Assembly (NCBI GenBank): GCA_964035545.1 | Contig: OZ037769.1 | Location: 3,825,929-3,889,928, forward strand | DNA length: 64,000 bases | Direction of reading: 5' to 3' | Source: Bugula neritina | Lineage: Eukaryota > Animalia > Bryozoa | Shown: piece after piece, positions 39,501 through 54,100 of the stretch | Numbering within the stretch: position 1 is the first letter of the stretch | Layout: every line of letters begins with the position of its first letter | Notes under the pieces: model-generated | The model's database searches: none | What the model was told of the DNA's origin: nothing | What the model saw: only the letters and a program-made list of their open reading frames with translations | Position numbers and translations under genes: made by a program

Positions 39501-42500
39501 GTACAGTGGCAGCAACACAGATGAACGCCACAAGCAGCAGAGCTCACACAATCGTGGCCATCACATTTATTCAGAAATACAAAAATGCTGCCGGTGCTGA
39601 GACAGCTAAAAAGTCTGTTGTAAACCTGGTCGATCTTGCCGGAAGGTAAAATATTATATAAATAATATTCCCCTAATTCAATTACATGAGAGTGCTGAGT
39701 TTGTATAACCATAGTGTCAATTGAGTTTCATTTAATCTGTTGTCTTTGGTGTCTTGGTTTTGGAGATATAAACAGCAAGAGTTCATTAATGAAATGCATT
39801 GTCAAAATAGAGAGCAACCTCGAGTTCTAAAAATAGAAACATTATGCTTATACTTTCCCCTATGTGAGAAAGTTTAATGATAAATCCATTTTTTTAAAAG
39901 TTTGTAGAGCTTTAGATAGCTATTCACTATATCATCTAGTAGATTGCAGTCCTGCATGGGCAGCTATATTTATAGTTATATTGTGTGAAATACAATATAA
40001 CGCATTACACTTTAAACACTTTGTAGTGAAAGAGCAGCCAACACTGGGGCTACTGGAGACAGGCTAAAGGAAGGGGCGGCCATCAACCTCTCCTTGAGTA
40101 GCTTAGGAAACTGCATCGCTGCATTAGCGGACAACTCCAATGGAAAGAAAGTACGAGTTCCATTCAGAGACTCTGTGCTGACTAAGTTGCTAAAGAATGC
40201 CCTCGGAGGAAACAGCAAAACTGTGATGGTAAACACTTATAGAATATTGCTATCAATCCTCATAATATCATAATGCACATGCTTAATCAGACTAATATAA
40301 TCTACATTATATTGTCCACTTCCCCAGCATGTAAATCATCTGAATGTATGAGAGTTAGGGCAAAGTCCTCATAAATTAAGCCAAAGTGTACAAATTCTGG
40401 AAATTGTATATAATATTTGCATATTTTATTCAATAGTTTAAATGAATAAAGAGTAGCATATGTGTGATGGGGATCAGTAGTTATTTATTCCTGCTACATC
40501 ATGCGTGTGCACTTCTAAAGAGTGATTGTCTACCCTTAAAAGTTGCCTTTCTTCATTTAATAAAAAACTTGTTAACTGGTAACTTGCCAAAAATAAAGTG
40601 TTTAATAATTTTTGTAGCTTCATAATTTTAGAGGCTTGCATTAGCCAACTCTCGGACAGTTTGAAAACATTTCAATGCCTTGCACAAACTACAACTTCTA
40701 TAATATAATATTATAATATTATATACTATTATAATATTATATAATATTATAATAATTCTTTTAAATGTAAAATTTGATGTTTTAGACGTTTTTCAATGAA
40801 AAACAGAAATTAATCTGTCAAGTTTAGAACTTATTCTATACCCTGTACCACCGGTTAGCTAATTCTATTTTTAGATTGCTGCCATCAGTCCAGCGGATAT
40901 TAACTATGAAGAGTCGCTGTCGACATTACGTTATGCTGACAGAGCCAAGCAGATCAAGACGGTTGCAGTGGTGAATGAAGATCCCACAGAGAAGTTGATA
41001 AGAGAGTTGCAAGAAGAGAATGACAGACTGAAAGAGATGCTGGAGTCCGGAGGGGTGGAAATACCAGAAGGCAATGGAGAACACGGCATAGAGAAACAAG
41101 AAGGAATGTCTAAAGCAGGTGAGCTTTTTCATGCTGAATATAAAATACTTAAACAAATACTTAGTCTATGTATTTTAATATTCTTTCAGCTATATAGAAA
41201 AATTGAAATTTTGTTTTGTCTTCTGAATGAATTTAATTGGACATGTTTTGAAGCTAAAAATTATAAAAATATACAAATTATTTGTTTTAATGCCAAGTAA
41301 TGGTACCATTTACATGTTTTATATTTAGACTACTCATAATTAAGTTTGAATAAAAATGAATTCTTATAATTCGAAGGATAATGAGATTGATAGGAGAAAA
41401 AGGAATTTTTTTCAGTACCTAGGTATAAATTATGTTAATTACATAAATAATATGCATGCTTGTGAAAGTAGTACAATATTTGTTCAAGATTCGTTTTTTT
41501 GTTCTGCAGACGTTGATGCTTTGAAGAAAGAATTAGAGGAAGAATATGCTGAGGCACTTGAAGAGAACAAAAGAAAGATGGCCGAAATGCAGAAGAACTA
41601 TGACGAAATGCTGAAAGAAGCAGAAGAAAGTGATGCAGTGAGTAATTATTTTTTATTTAGCAAATTGAAAAGCAAATTTATAATATGCTTTTCAAATCAA
41701 AGATATCACATAAATTATACAGCTATAAATGAAAGGCAAAATTTACCAGCTTTGTATATAATATTAGCTTTTTTCGATATGACTTTGGCTGCAAAGGAAG
41801 ATAAATTTGGAACTTTTGTATGCAAAGTTTACAGTATGCTTCGCTCAATTTAAAAATAAATGGCTTATATATTACCATGCATCTCTATTTGTATAGCTAT
41901 ACCAATATGTACTAATATTTCACATTATTAATATTTCACATTATAAGATACATAAAAGAGATTAACTGGTAAAATTAATTATCAACTAATTAAATTATTA
42001 ATAGCACTTCATAAAATGAAGGAGGAATAGTGCAGTTGCATATTTGGGATTATTTTAGCCTAAAGCAGCTGTGAAGGCATCAGACGATGAGAAAAAGAAA
42101 TCTCAGAATTACTTGACCAATCTGAACATGGACCCAGCATTGTCTGGGTACATCAAGCACTTCCTGGAGGGAGATAAGACTATCGGCAACAAGAGAGGAG
42201 AAACAAGCGGTATCTGTCTTCCAGGTGAGTTGTGTTCTCATCACAGTGATTGTCTTCCCATGATGGTTGTTGTCTTCTCATCACAGTGATTGTCTTCTCA
42301 TGGTTCTAGTTGTCTTCTCATCACAGCGATTGTCTTCTCATGACTGTAGTCTAATGTTTATACTATCTTGCTCTCTTTTGGAGATTCTTTGAATTTGATT
42401 CATTCATGATAACAAACCATCTTGGAGATGTTGAGTTTAAGTTAAATACATGCAGCTGTACCTGAAACAAGAACATAACTCCTAAAGTAATGGATAAAAA

Positions 42501-45500
42501 CCATGCATATCTAGCTTTAAGATGGAAATAATAATGTCTAGCTCTAAGATTGATGTCTAGTTTTAAGCTATAATGATACAATGAGGTCTAGTTTAAAGCT
42601 ATAATGACACAGTGATGTCTATTCCACAGGTCCTAGTATATTAGAGAAACACGCTCTAATAACAGGAGAAACCGGCTCCTGGACGCTAGAGAAGAGTTCA
42701 GAAGCTGCCAGACTTCTGGTTAATGGAGAACCTGTACAAGAGCCAACCAAATTGAGTCATCTTGACAGGTGGGTGAAGGTGCTTGCTGTAGTCTGTATCT
42801 CATGCAGGTGATGATAACTCCTAGCTCCATGTGCTCGCATTTAAACATTCAGCTGCACATGAGTTCTTTCTAACAACTCTTGAAATTCTAATACCTTTAA
42901 GTGCAGTACATATTGTAAGCATAATAATATAAAGCAGCCATTTAGTACTTTGTTACATGTCACATGACTTTAGTTATGTTTGCTATAATTAAAGTCAATT
43001 TGCCATAAAATGCGTTTTTGAAGTGAAAAGCAGCCCTGAAAAATCATTTAACAATTTTTTTTTAAAAAAGTAATCTCATTGCAATATATTTTCATAATTT
43101 TAGCCAGAAAAACTAGAAAGCAAATTCATGTTAACGATTTTTAAAAATCATTAATGCCAAGAATATTAACAACTATGTATTACATGTTTGAAATATTTAA
43201 CCCAAAGGCACTTGTTATATGGCTACTACCATGCTGAAACTGGGAAAATAGGGAGGCTTTGATTAAACCGCTAGGCAACCCTGCTTAATAAAACCTAAAC
43301 AAAAGCACTTTTTTCATAGCCTATATTGATTTTTAGAATTATGTTTGGAACAACGCAGTTGTATGTGTTTATTGACCATACTAAATATAAGCCTGAGGAC
43401 CTACCAGAGTATGCTGATGCTATAGAAGAGATTGCGAAGAGCGCTGGTTTTGATACCAATGATGAAGAAAAGTCTCCAGGTTGAGATTTATTATATTGTA
43501 ATGTTATTAATATACTGTATTATTGTTATTATATAATTATTAATATTATTATCAAGTATTAGAAAATGTAATATTATATCCTAAACAGCACATTATTAAC
43601 ATAAGCATTTTATAAGGCATCACACACACCCTCCAAACCTTCAGTTACCATGCAAAATGAAGCATTGCAACGAATAGTTTATATATTTTTTATAACTTTT
43701 CTTTACTTATTATTGAAGCAGCAAGAAGGAAATCTAATCTAACACCACATGCTATAAGATTTAACAAGATGCTGTTATAGTAGTAGTAGGACAAGCTTTT
43801 TATATTTATTTTATCTCGACAGCCGAAATGCTGCTCAAGGAAGATGTACTGGAGATTCTGCCATCCATTGAAGAAGCAAACTCAATATCTGAGGAGATGG
43901 ACAAGAAGGTCACTTTTGAAGCAATAATTGTGTCTGCTGAGTCCAGAGGAGAAGTCAGCGGCAAACCAGAGGTAAGTATCAGATAAACTGTAAAAATCCT
44001 TACAAATATATTTGTCCAAATAAATGACAATAGAATGATCTCAATAGTAAAACCAATATACAGATTGTGTAACTAGTATGGGTCAGGTTTAAATAGTCAG
44101 AATTATTTGGTGAGCTAGACTTTAAAAATTAGGACTTAGAAATATTTTGTAAAAGACAAAACTGCTAAAATCTTGTCACTATATTTTGACCCAAACAATT
44201 AAAGAGGTCTGGTCAGAGGTTGATCAGTAGTTTTGGCTAAAGACTCATGAAAATGTTTCTTTTTCCAATCTCTTTTGAAAAATGCTTCCAGTTTTGAAGT
44301 GTATTAATTATGTTGAACCTTTTTTATACTTATACTTGGCACTCACAGAAGAAAAATTAACTTTTATAGTTTAGAAAATATAGTATCATAACTAGAATTC
44401 ATAAAATATAGAATAGAATTATAATATAGGTTAGATTTCTAGTCAAGAGAATACAACAGTTTCAAACCCTCAAAGATCTTAAGTACCATCTATAATTTTG
44501 AGTGTATTTGAATCATATTTTGTATAAAAATTATTATCTAATTAAATTATAAGTGTGTTATACTAATAACCTATTGTGTATTTATACACTCTACTTAAAT
44601 TGTAGTTATTTGTCCTCGTCAAAAACATTGAAACTGGCCTACAGTATTACTGGCCGAGAGAAAAGTTTTACAGCAGGAAGTTTGTGATGCAGGAGCTTTT
44701 CAGCAAGTACGACGATGACGCTGATGACTTTAACGGGCAAATTGCTGACGTAAGTTATTTTATGATTTTACGTGTCAAAATTATCGCATGACTATACCAC
44801 ATGGTTTTACTGCTAACTTATTACAGCAAAGTAAATTGCAGTAGGGTAAAGCCATTAAATTTACTTTGGTAGTATTTTAAATCTTTGAGGCTTAGTGGTA
44901 ATAGCAACGGTAACTAAAAAACTACGATGCTGTATAAATCAGTAGAAATTTCCTACTCATCTTGACAGTTTTGCCATGCTTCACTTGTTGAAGCCCCCTA
45001 TAAAGCTATTTTAACACTATAACAAGCATGAAAAGGAAAGATAACTCCAGTACCGCTCTTTTAAGAATAATCTATGCATGATAGTCATGTTAAGTTAAAC
45101 TTATTTGTTACTGCATACAAATGGCTGATCCACTGGAGGTAAAAGTAGAATAAAACTACTACAATAACATTGCACAGTGAGTACCTGTTTATGTTATCTA
45201 TAGGAGAAAGATCCCTTTACAATGAACCCTAAAGAAGATGTGCATATAGGTAGCCTAAAGGTCTATCTCCAGTCTTTAGCCTATAATATAGAGCTCACTG
45301 AACAGCTAGACATCATTGATTATCAATCAGAGCAGATTGGTGTTTGCAATGTAAGTCAAAATAAATTATTGCCATATAATATTATTGCTGTATATTATTT
45401 GCTAGAATGATCATTTGTTTAAAATTTTAAATGAAATCTTTATATAGATAATTCCAAATTGTCATGCCAATTTAGAATTATCTATATAACAATTGTATGC

Positions 45501-48500
45501 TAATCCCGAAATCCTACCAAAGAAACATATTCTACAATGATTTTCAATCTTTTCATTACTATATATCTGTACAGCAACATTTTAATAGACTATTATAATG
45601 AATAAACCACACCTATATATAGCAAAATATTATAAAAAGATATGCTATTATATGATACATGCTGTATATGATCATTATTAATGCTAATTTCTATGTGACT
45701 AAAGCATTAAAATGTTATAAATAGAAATACATTATTAATTTTGTTTTGCATACTTACAATTTAATTCTGATATTCGACTTTAGTCACCTGCAGATGTTTG
45801 TCATATCATGCTTAGTCTAAGTAGACGCTCACCTATGCCGACTGTTTCTACTGTTTACACTTGTACTATGTAGGTGGAGATCTATCCTTGCACTGCTAAA
45901 GGTAAAATATTCAAACCAGAAGATGACGTGTTTGTGGACGATCCCCGTCAGCTGATTGGCCAAGATTTTCATTTCAAAGTCAAGATTTCTGGTGCTCGAG
46001 GACTTCCAAAAAGATACAACGTAAGTTGAAAATTCCTTTTGCTTTGACTAGAATCTAATTTAGTTTATCGTGTTTACATATTTTATTGAAGATTGTTGAA
46101 ACATCTTATGCTTTTTTGAAATTTTAATCTAATTTTACCAATAAAAATTTCCAACTCAACTTGCGGCAATAGCTTAGCTTTTTTCAAAAAAATAAGAGAT
46201 GGAAGTAGAATATCTGTAAATAGTGTTATCATTCTGACTGGACAATGTAGTTGCTTTTCTATAGTATCACTCATCCATCTTTAAACATTGCATTGTGGGT
46301 AGTTTAGACACCATTTTATAGGCTGTACTATCCTAACTATAGCAGATGACTGGTTTATTCTAGAATAACGGTAACAGATTTTGCCCTTTATATTGGCAAA
46401 GTAATATAAAATTTCATGTAGGTAGTCTCACTTATTAAACAATAGCATAAGATTGGCATCAAAAATATTATAACCAAACTAAGTAGATTTTATTCTTGTG
46501 TGAGTATATCATTAAACAGCACAATTGCATGGCATACTAATTAGTATGTAATGTGCAATTTATACGAGATAGGTACATGAGTAGCCTAAATTTCAGAGAA
46601 AATCTATGACAAGCCTCTAGCTAGCAACATAAAAGCTATGCTACTTCCATTGGCGTATGTATATACAGTTACATAATATAGACTTGGCAAGTTAGCAAAT
46701 ATTTAGCTTCATCTCCATCTTTACGTATCCATAGGAGATGTACGCTGAGTACAGACTGAAAACTGATGTTGATCCTGTAAGAACAAAAGCTATAGCAGGC
46801 ACTAGTAACCCGGACTGGAGGCTAGAGAAGCAGTACGACTTCCCAAACCTCACAGAAGAGGTGAGTAGTGGAGGAGGGGGAGGGGAGTGGCACAGCATCA
46901 GTATTTTTCGAATTACTTTATTCAAAAATTGTATGAGCCATTACACAAACAAGTTCCAATAATTACTGCAGGCTGCATGCTTTGTTGTATGTACATAAAT
47001 AAAACATTTAGAAGGTGTTTTTCACTCTAATTTATATATGTGTGAACAATTTTTTATTTTTATATCTTTGAGGGCCACATAAATGTAGGCTGGGCCCCCC
47101 TCCCCCCTGAATCCGGCCCTGGAGCTGCCTGTTGGACAGCCCTGTGCTAATTTAGTAGTGAGGCAGTCAACTCAATCTTATAACAGCTACTGATGTTTAT
47201 TTGTGTGCAACTGCTTATTTGTATGCAACTTTATATAACTTGTCTGTAAGGGAAACAGCTGGCAGAGGTTCCTATCTCATTATCCTGTGCTGTGTAATGG
47301 AACATAATATTTAGAATGCAGCTATGGGGGTGAATAACCTCATTTGTAATAATTTATACATAGGCTGCATTTTTTTACATGGTGTAAGCCCATATATTAA
47401 TTGTTATTTCATCAATGCAGATACTGCTATAACCATCTAGTAAGTTGAAAATAGCCTGCAAGTTGCATTGCTATTGATGATATTGCATGAAAAACAACGC
47501 AATATCATTTAGAATTAATGCTTAACAATAATGCATCAGCCAGTTTTGTCATAAGGGATTGCAATGGAAGCAGTGTACAATGACCTTCACCTTTAGCAAC
47601 TGACTACCACATACATACAAACAGTATACATATGTTATGTGTACAATTTGATGCAGTGCATGTAATAGAGTCTCAAATTGTTTCTTGCAGGATATCAAAT
47701 ATTTTGAGAATGGCTGCTTTATGGTTAAAATATTTGGCAAGCAAAATGCTGGTGCTGCAGCACGAAAACTTGACACTAAAAAGGAGCTTCGAAAGAAGAA
47801 AGCTGCCAGAGGTCAAGTAGCGGTGGCAGCAAATTCAGTCAAGGTAAAATGACTGTAACAAGTATATATGCTATAATAATTAGATAGTATGCTTACTATT
47901 CCACAGACCTGTAGATTATCGTATATATAGTGCTTCCGTACACAAATAAATGTCATATTCGCCATATATTTTATTCGGCAACCAAGTTTTCAGCCTTTGT
48001 TTGTTCCACTAATAACCAGTTTTATTGAAATATGTAATTCAGACTAAAATATTGAAAATTGCAGATGTAACATTACCTATTACACTTATGGTGTGCTATT
48101 TTGTAATCATAGCACATGCCACCAGTATAATGCAATGAATTTATTATGCTTGTTATCAAACGTGATATACGACAAACGTTTGATCTAGGACCTGCATTAA
48201 TTATAAAGATCTGAAGAACTTTTTGGCACACACACACTAGAGGCCACATATTGGCATAAAATTACACAATGGTGTATTATATCTATTGTTATGATATTAT
48301 CATGATGAGCTCACAGCATAGCAATTAAAATGTTGAAATGATTAATTACTTTCGAACTTTTTAAACTCAATTGTCTACAAAAACTTATTTTAATTTCATT
48401 ATAGTAATTGCTCAACATTGCATGCTTGCCAAAAATTGGAACCTATAATGTTTAGCTGCTATAACTTTAAACTTTGTAAAACATATACTCACGTTTGGTA

Positions 48501-49885
48501 AATGTATCTATACATCTATATATCTCTCTGTGAGAGCACCATGAATTTATAATTAGGCTAAGGACTGCGGTGCCTTTTACTATGCTGTCAGCATGGTTTG
48601 AGGGCTGTGAAGCAATGCCCTTCCTGCCACCCCTAATGACTATAGGACTCAAAGCCATGATATGTGACACACTAGGTCTGTGCTCTAGCCACTTGCTGCT
48701 GCATATGTTGAGATGTTGTCAAAAATGTTTTAGAAAAAAGTTGATCCAGACAACATGAAACTGCAACAAAATGCTGTAGTTGCCCAGACAAGGAACAAAA
48801 AGCTCAATAAAAGATTGGTAAGAATAAAAGGCAATATCTCTTCATTACAACACCATGAGTCTCTGATTATCTCCAGACTATGTAGTTTTCTTGTACTGTG
48901 TCATTATTCATACATCAAATTTTACACCAATTTTAATAACATGTTTTATAGCATGTGGAAATACATTACCTTTTTAGGAATGGCTGAAAGACTTGTTGCG
49001 GGAAGCTAATAGCAGATCTAAGAAAAAAGTTCCAACTAGACTGATAATAGCAATTCTTGAAGCTAAGAACTACAAAGAAGCAAAAAGAATAATTGCTTCC
49101 ATAGGAAAGTCAAAAGGAGGAGGTAAAAGTTCGAGTTCCGCTTCTACTCCGGAACCACCCCGTGTTTCTAACGGAGATGGCGCCGCTAAGGAGGGTTCAG
49201 ACTCGGATTCTGATGATGAATTTTTAGTTAACCACAACATGTACGTCAAAAGTCAGCCTCTCTGCTATGCACGTGACCCATTCAAACAAAATCAGATGTT
49301 TTTAATTCCATATTGAGGCTGACTATGTAAATTACCGAGTGCAGGTCACTGTGTAGCAAGCTGTCTTTTGACATCATTGTTGAATGGGTCACGGTGTTTT
49401 AAGTATATAAAGTTAAATGTGCACAAGACAATGAAATGTTTATTTTTTCGGTCATTTCATTTAAAAAAGCTAAAAAAGCCGTAGCTTTATTTAAAATTGT
49501 TAGAAATTTTGTGCAGAAGCAAACTTTAGTTAACATATATAATCTTTGACTTGGTTTGAAGTAGACAAAATTATGTATCTATAAATTGTATTCTGGCAAT
49601 GTGTTTCACACTTTACTCATGGTTATAATCAGCTATATGCAGAATCATTTGCTGAGCTGGAGTAAACTGAAACATAGGGTGGATATCTGACTTATAAGTG
49701 TTTGTTTGTAGACTTAGAGGAGATGCCCAACATATAAGTGTTTGTTTTGTTGTAAACTAAAACTTAGAATAGATATCTAACATGCAAGTGTTTGTTTTAT
49801 TCTAGAACATTCAGACTCCGACTCTGAAGATGAAGTTGATATTGAGAAGGCGGAGGCCCAGTCATGTGCCTGTTTAGTATCCTAA
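36551..49885 (+). CDS. KIF28: Kinesin-3 family KIF28/KLP-6-like motor, ~997 aa, 20 exons: 36551-36595, 37111-37317, 37793-37925, 38764-38955, 39426-39645, 40027-40228, 40875-41118, 41510-41637, 42059-42224, 42630-42768, 43337-43479, 43823-43971, 44606-44749, 45204-45350, 45874-46020, 46735-46860, 47691-47843, 48734-48817, 48978-49122, 49806-49885
   Basis: Motor motifs [11 protein letters not shown]|[17 protein letters not shown]-loop [13 protein letters not shown], switch I NATSSRAH, switch [47 protein letters not shown]; then coiled coil, FHA-like region (LLVNGEPV...LSHLDRIMFG), [16 protein letters not shown] and a C2-like region. Phases are consistent across all exons (2994 nt). The last junction is less certain. 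Confidence 0.9.
36596..37110 (+). other. U12-type (minor spliceosome) AT-AC intron, 515 nt, kinesin intron 1
   Basis: 5' end ATATCCTTT, branch site CCTTGAC at 37093-37099 (~12 nt from the end), 3' end TAC. Removal fuses VRVRPF to NKRE in frame. Confidence 0.95.
46890..47144. mobile_element. Second copy of the hAT-like non-autonomous family, in kinesin intron 16
   Basis: Colinear similarity to 10843-11129, ending GTTGGACAGCCCTG. Confidence 0.65.
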
Positions 49886-51177
49886 TTATTCTGGTATTAT
49901 AGCTCTTTGAGTGCCAATATACTGTTTCCACTGCTATACAGTTTCACTGATATTTTATGACTTCTTTCAAATCGTTGAATATATAAACACATTAATGATC
50001 ATTATACATCAATATTTTGTCCTCAAAATCTCTTATTTGTGCAGAATATAAACCCTAAACAATACTTTTTCAACTGTTTATAATGATTAAATATAAATAC
50101 AAGTTTATTTTAAAAAATTTGCTTATGCTTTTATTCATAGACCCAGCAAAATACAAAAAAAAGGTAAAACATAAATATAATTGAAATGTATATCACACTA
50201 TCAACACTTAGCACCTGAAGAACAATTACGTGAGCCTCTTTCAAAAGCAGTGCCCGGGATTTTTTTGCACAAAAAAACAAGATTGTCTAATTTGGCAGCA
50301 AGTAAACTTTGTAAGATATACTACCTAAAAAAACTCTAGCAATAAGTTCCTGCTAGTTAACAAGTCTAATAAAATTTTACCTGCAGCAAATGAAAAATAT
50401 ACTGAAAAGCATGCTACATTATGCTATGATAAATCATTATATACAATAAATAAATGCTGCATAAATGTGCTTGTTCCAACAAAATATTGTTAGTCATTAG
50501 GAAAAAATATAAAGGAACATGCTAGATTTGAAACATACAATCTGTAACAGTATGAGCTCCATTTAAAATATGTTTAACATCCTTAAGGCACGATTCAAAA
50601 GTTCAAGAGTTCAAAAGTTCAAGAGGTTATATTTATCATTCATGTACTGAGATGGTTTAAAAAGAAAACTGTTATCTATAGAATCCAAAAATATAGAGCA
50701 TCTGCCACATTGTGACGGATAGACAATGCCGCCAACAAAAACTGCTGAGAGGGGGGGGGGAGGAGGAGCAGAAAGGATATAAGTAAAGAACCCGTAACCT
50801 GTTGTCTAGCAGTATACAAGGCATGTGAGTTGAGTTAATTGGCAAAAGGTTAGAGCGCCAGCGACCCTGTGTCTAACAGGGACATTATAGTAGTGATACA
50901 AAGGAAAATGATTAAATAATGATGAAAAGTAAATACTTCTTCATCTTTGATATATACATAGTAAATTAGAAGGTAGAAGCAGTTTATTGAATGATGGAAA
51001 TATGGAGCTCAATTAGGAAAATTTTTGAAGAAAGAAACAAAAGCCCACGATTTATTATTAGGGAAAAGATGCAGTAGAAATATTAGATGGTGTGCATAGA
51101 GAAATGATCCATTATTAGACAGTGTGTATGAGAAACCATCTAATATTAGACAGAGTGTACAGAGAAGTGAGCTATTA

Positions 51178-54100
51178 TTAGACACTGTGTATGTTGGGGA
51201 AACGGTCTATGATAGGAGGAATGTTGACGGAGAGATTCCGGGAGTGAACCGGTGCTCGGGAAAACCTGAGTTCCTGGTTGTATGTGAGGCTGGATGTTTG
51301 AATCCCCCGACTTTCTGTTGCCAAGTGTCTTTCAGAATCTGGCATATTCTTACTCAGCTCTTTCTTAGCCAACTTCATTACGAAAACCATGAGAGCCAAG
51401 GTTATACCAACCTAGAACGTTAAAGTGAGAGTTTTAATAGAAAATATTGTCAGTAGAATATGTTGAGAAACAATCATGCGATCCTATCGCTAATCACATT
51501 CATGACAATCACGTGACAATATGCTAACTAATTGCCGTACTAGAATTGCTGTATACTTGTTTACCCCTTCTCTTCCGTTCTGTTATACAAAAACCATCGT
51601 CATGTTTTTTGATTCAAATAAATATTTTATTACCAAATAATTAAATCAGTCAGTCAGTTTGCTCGATAAGTTAAATCAGCAATCAATATCGTATTTCATA
51701 ATAAATACTATACACGATGGCAACACATTCAACAGGTTATGGGCCCAGATGCTTTGTAGCCATCAACTTCTACCCTGCGACTTGCTCCACGAGGTAGCTA
51801 CTAATACTAATCACTCACACTGTACAGTGTCACTCACACTGTACACAATACTACTACTACTCACTGTACAGTGTCACTCACACTGTACACAGTACTATTA
51901 CTACTCAGTACTCACTCACTCTACAGTGTCACTCACACTGTACACAGTACTATTACTACTCAGTACTCACTCACTCTACAGTGTCACTCACACGGTACAC
52001 AATATAAATATTACTACTACTCACTGTACAATATCACTCACACTGTACACAGTATTACTATTACTCACTGTACAGTATCACTCACTATCATAGTGACTAT
52101 GCAGTATCGCTCACTGTACACTACCACTCACTCACACTGTACACAGTATTACTATTACTCACTGTACAGTATCACTCACTATCATAGTGACTATGCAGTA
52201 TCGCTCACTGTACACTACCACTCACTCACACTGTACACAGTATTACTATTACTCACTGTACAGTATCACTCAGTCACTGTACACAGTACTACTCACTGGG
52301 CAGCACTACTCACTTTACATAGTATTACTCACTGCACAGTATCACTCACTATATAGTACTACTCACTATATAGTACTACACACCGACACACATACCGGTA
52401 CACACACAGACCGGCACACACAGACCGGCACACACAGACCGGAACACACACCGGCACAAAGACCGGAACACACACCGGCACAAAGACCGGAACACACACC
52501 GGCACACAGACCGGAACACACACCGGCACACAGACCGGAACACACACCGGCACACAGACCGGAACACACACCGGCACACAGACCGGAACACACACCGGCA
52601 CACAGACCGGAACACACACCGGCACAAAGACCGGAACACACACCGGCACAAAGACCGGAACACACACCGGCACAAAGACCGGAACACACACCGGCACAAA
52701 GACCGGAACACACACCGGCACACAGACCGGAACACACACCGGCACACAGACCGGAACACACACCGGCACACACACCGGCACACAGACCGGAACACACACG
52801 GCACAAAGACCGGAACACACACCGGCACACAGACCGGAACACACACCGGCACACAGACCGGAACACACACCGGCACACAGACCGGAACACACACCGGCAC
52901 ACAGACCGGAACACACACCGGCACACACACCGGCACAAAGACCGGAACACACACCGGCACAAAGACCGGAACACACACCGGCACAAAGACCGGAACACAC
53001 ACCGGCACACAGACCGGAACACACACCGGCACACAGACCGGAACACACACCGGCACACAGACCGGCACACAGACCGGAACACACACCGGCACACAAACCG
53101 ACACACACACCGGAACACAAACCGACACACACCTCGAAACACAAACTGGCACACGCACCGGAACACACACCGGCGCACACGCCAGAACACACACTGACAC
53201 GCACACGCCAGAACACACACTGACACGCACACACTGAAACACACACACTGACACGCACACACTGAAACACACACCGTAACACACACCGGAACACACACCG
53301 GCACACACACCGGCACACAAAACAGCAGAAATGGTACCCAGAATACCATGCCACAAGAACCTGCACAAACATGCGGAAATGACGCAATGAACGTCATACC
53401 ACAAGGACCCGCACTAAACAGCAGAAATGGTACTCAGAATACCATGCCACAAGAACCTGCACAAAAATGCGGAAATGACGCAATGAACGTCATGCCACAA
53501 GGACCCGCACAAAACAGCAGAAATGGTACTCAGAATACCATACCACAAGAACAGGCACCAGATCCAGGCAAAGGCCACTGACCAATCTGGACCACGCAAA
53601 TCAGAACAGAAACGAAAGTGCCCTACCTACCTACAGGACTATGATATAGAAAACACTGGCTACGCTTACTCACTAATGGCAAACATACCACAGTCTTACC
53701 AAGAAGCTGTAAATTCAAAAGATAGAGAAGCCTAGAAAAGAGCTAAGGACAAAAAAAATAAACACCCTACGTAATTCAAACAAGGAAAAACCCCTGGTGA
53801 AAAACCACATAAAACTAGATATGTAGCAAAAGGATACTGACAAATACAATGAGTTGACTATGATCAAACTTACAGTCCAACCACCAGATTCACATCGATC
53901 AGATTGCTGTTACAGAAAGCAGCAAATGAAAACATGAAAATACATCAACTAGATGTTAAAGGAGCGTACCTAAACGCACCAATCGATAAGGAAATTTATC
54001 TACAACAGCCTGAAGGGTACGAAGAAACCAACAAACAAGGGAAGCTTTCTTGTCGTCTCAACAAATCCATTTATGGCCTCAAGCAAAGCGGACGCAATTG

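Noticed and set aside
50590-51100. Possible LINE 3' end on the minus strand (TTGAAC-like tandem tail)
   Set aside because: Could not recover convincing RT residues or a TSD by eye; needs RepeatMasker.
51659-53404. Cys/Val-rich or EHTPAHRP-repeat ORFs as a cargo gene in the LTR element
   Set aside because: Stop-free simply because the satellite lacks T on one strand; open in many frames with no domain signature.
53835-53856. TGA codons in copia RT as programmed readthrough or selenocysteine
   Set aside because: They come with a TAG, a deletion and other substitutions in the same stretch; simple decay explains them.
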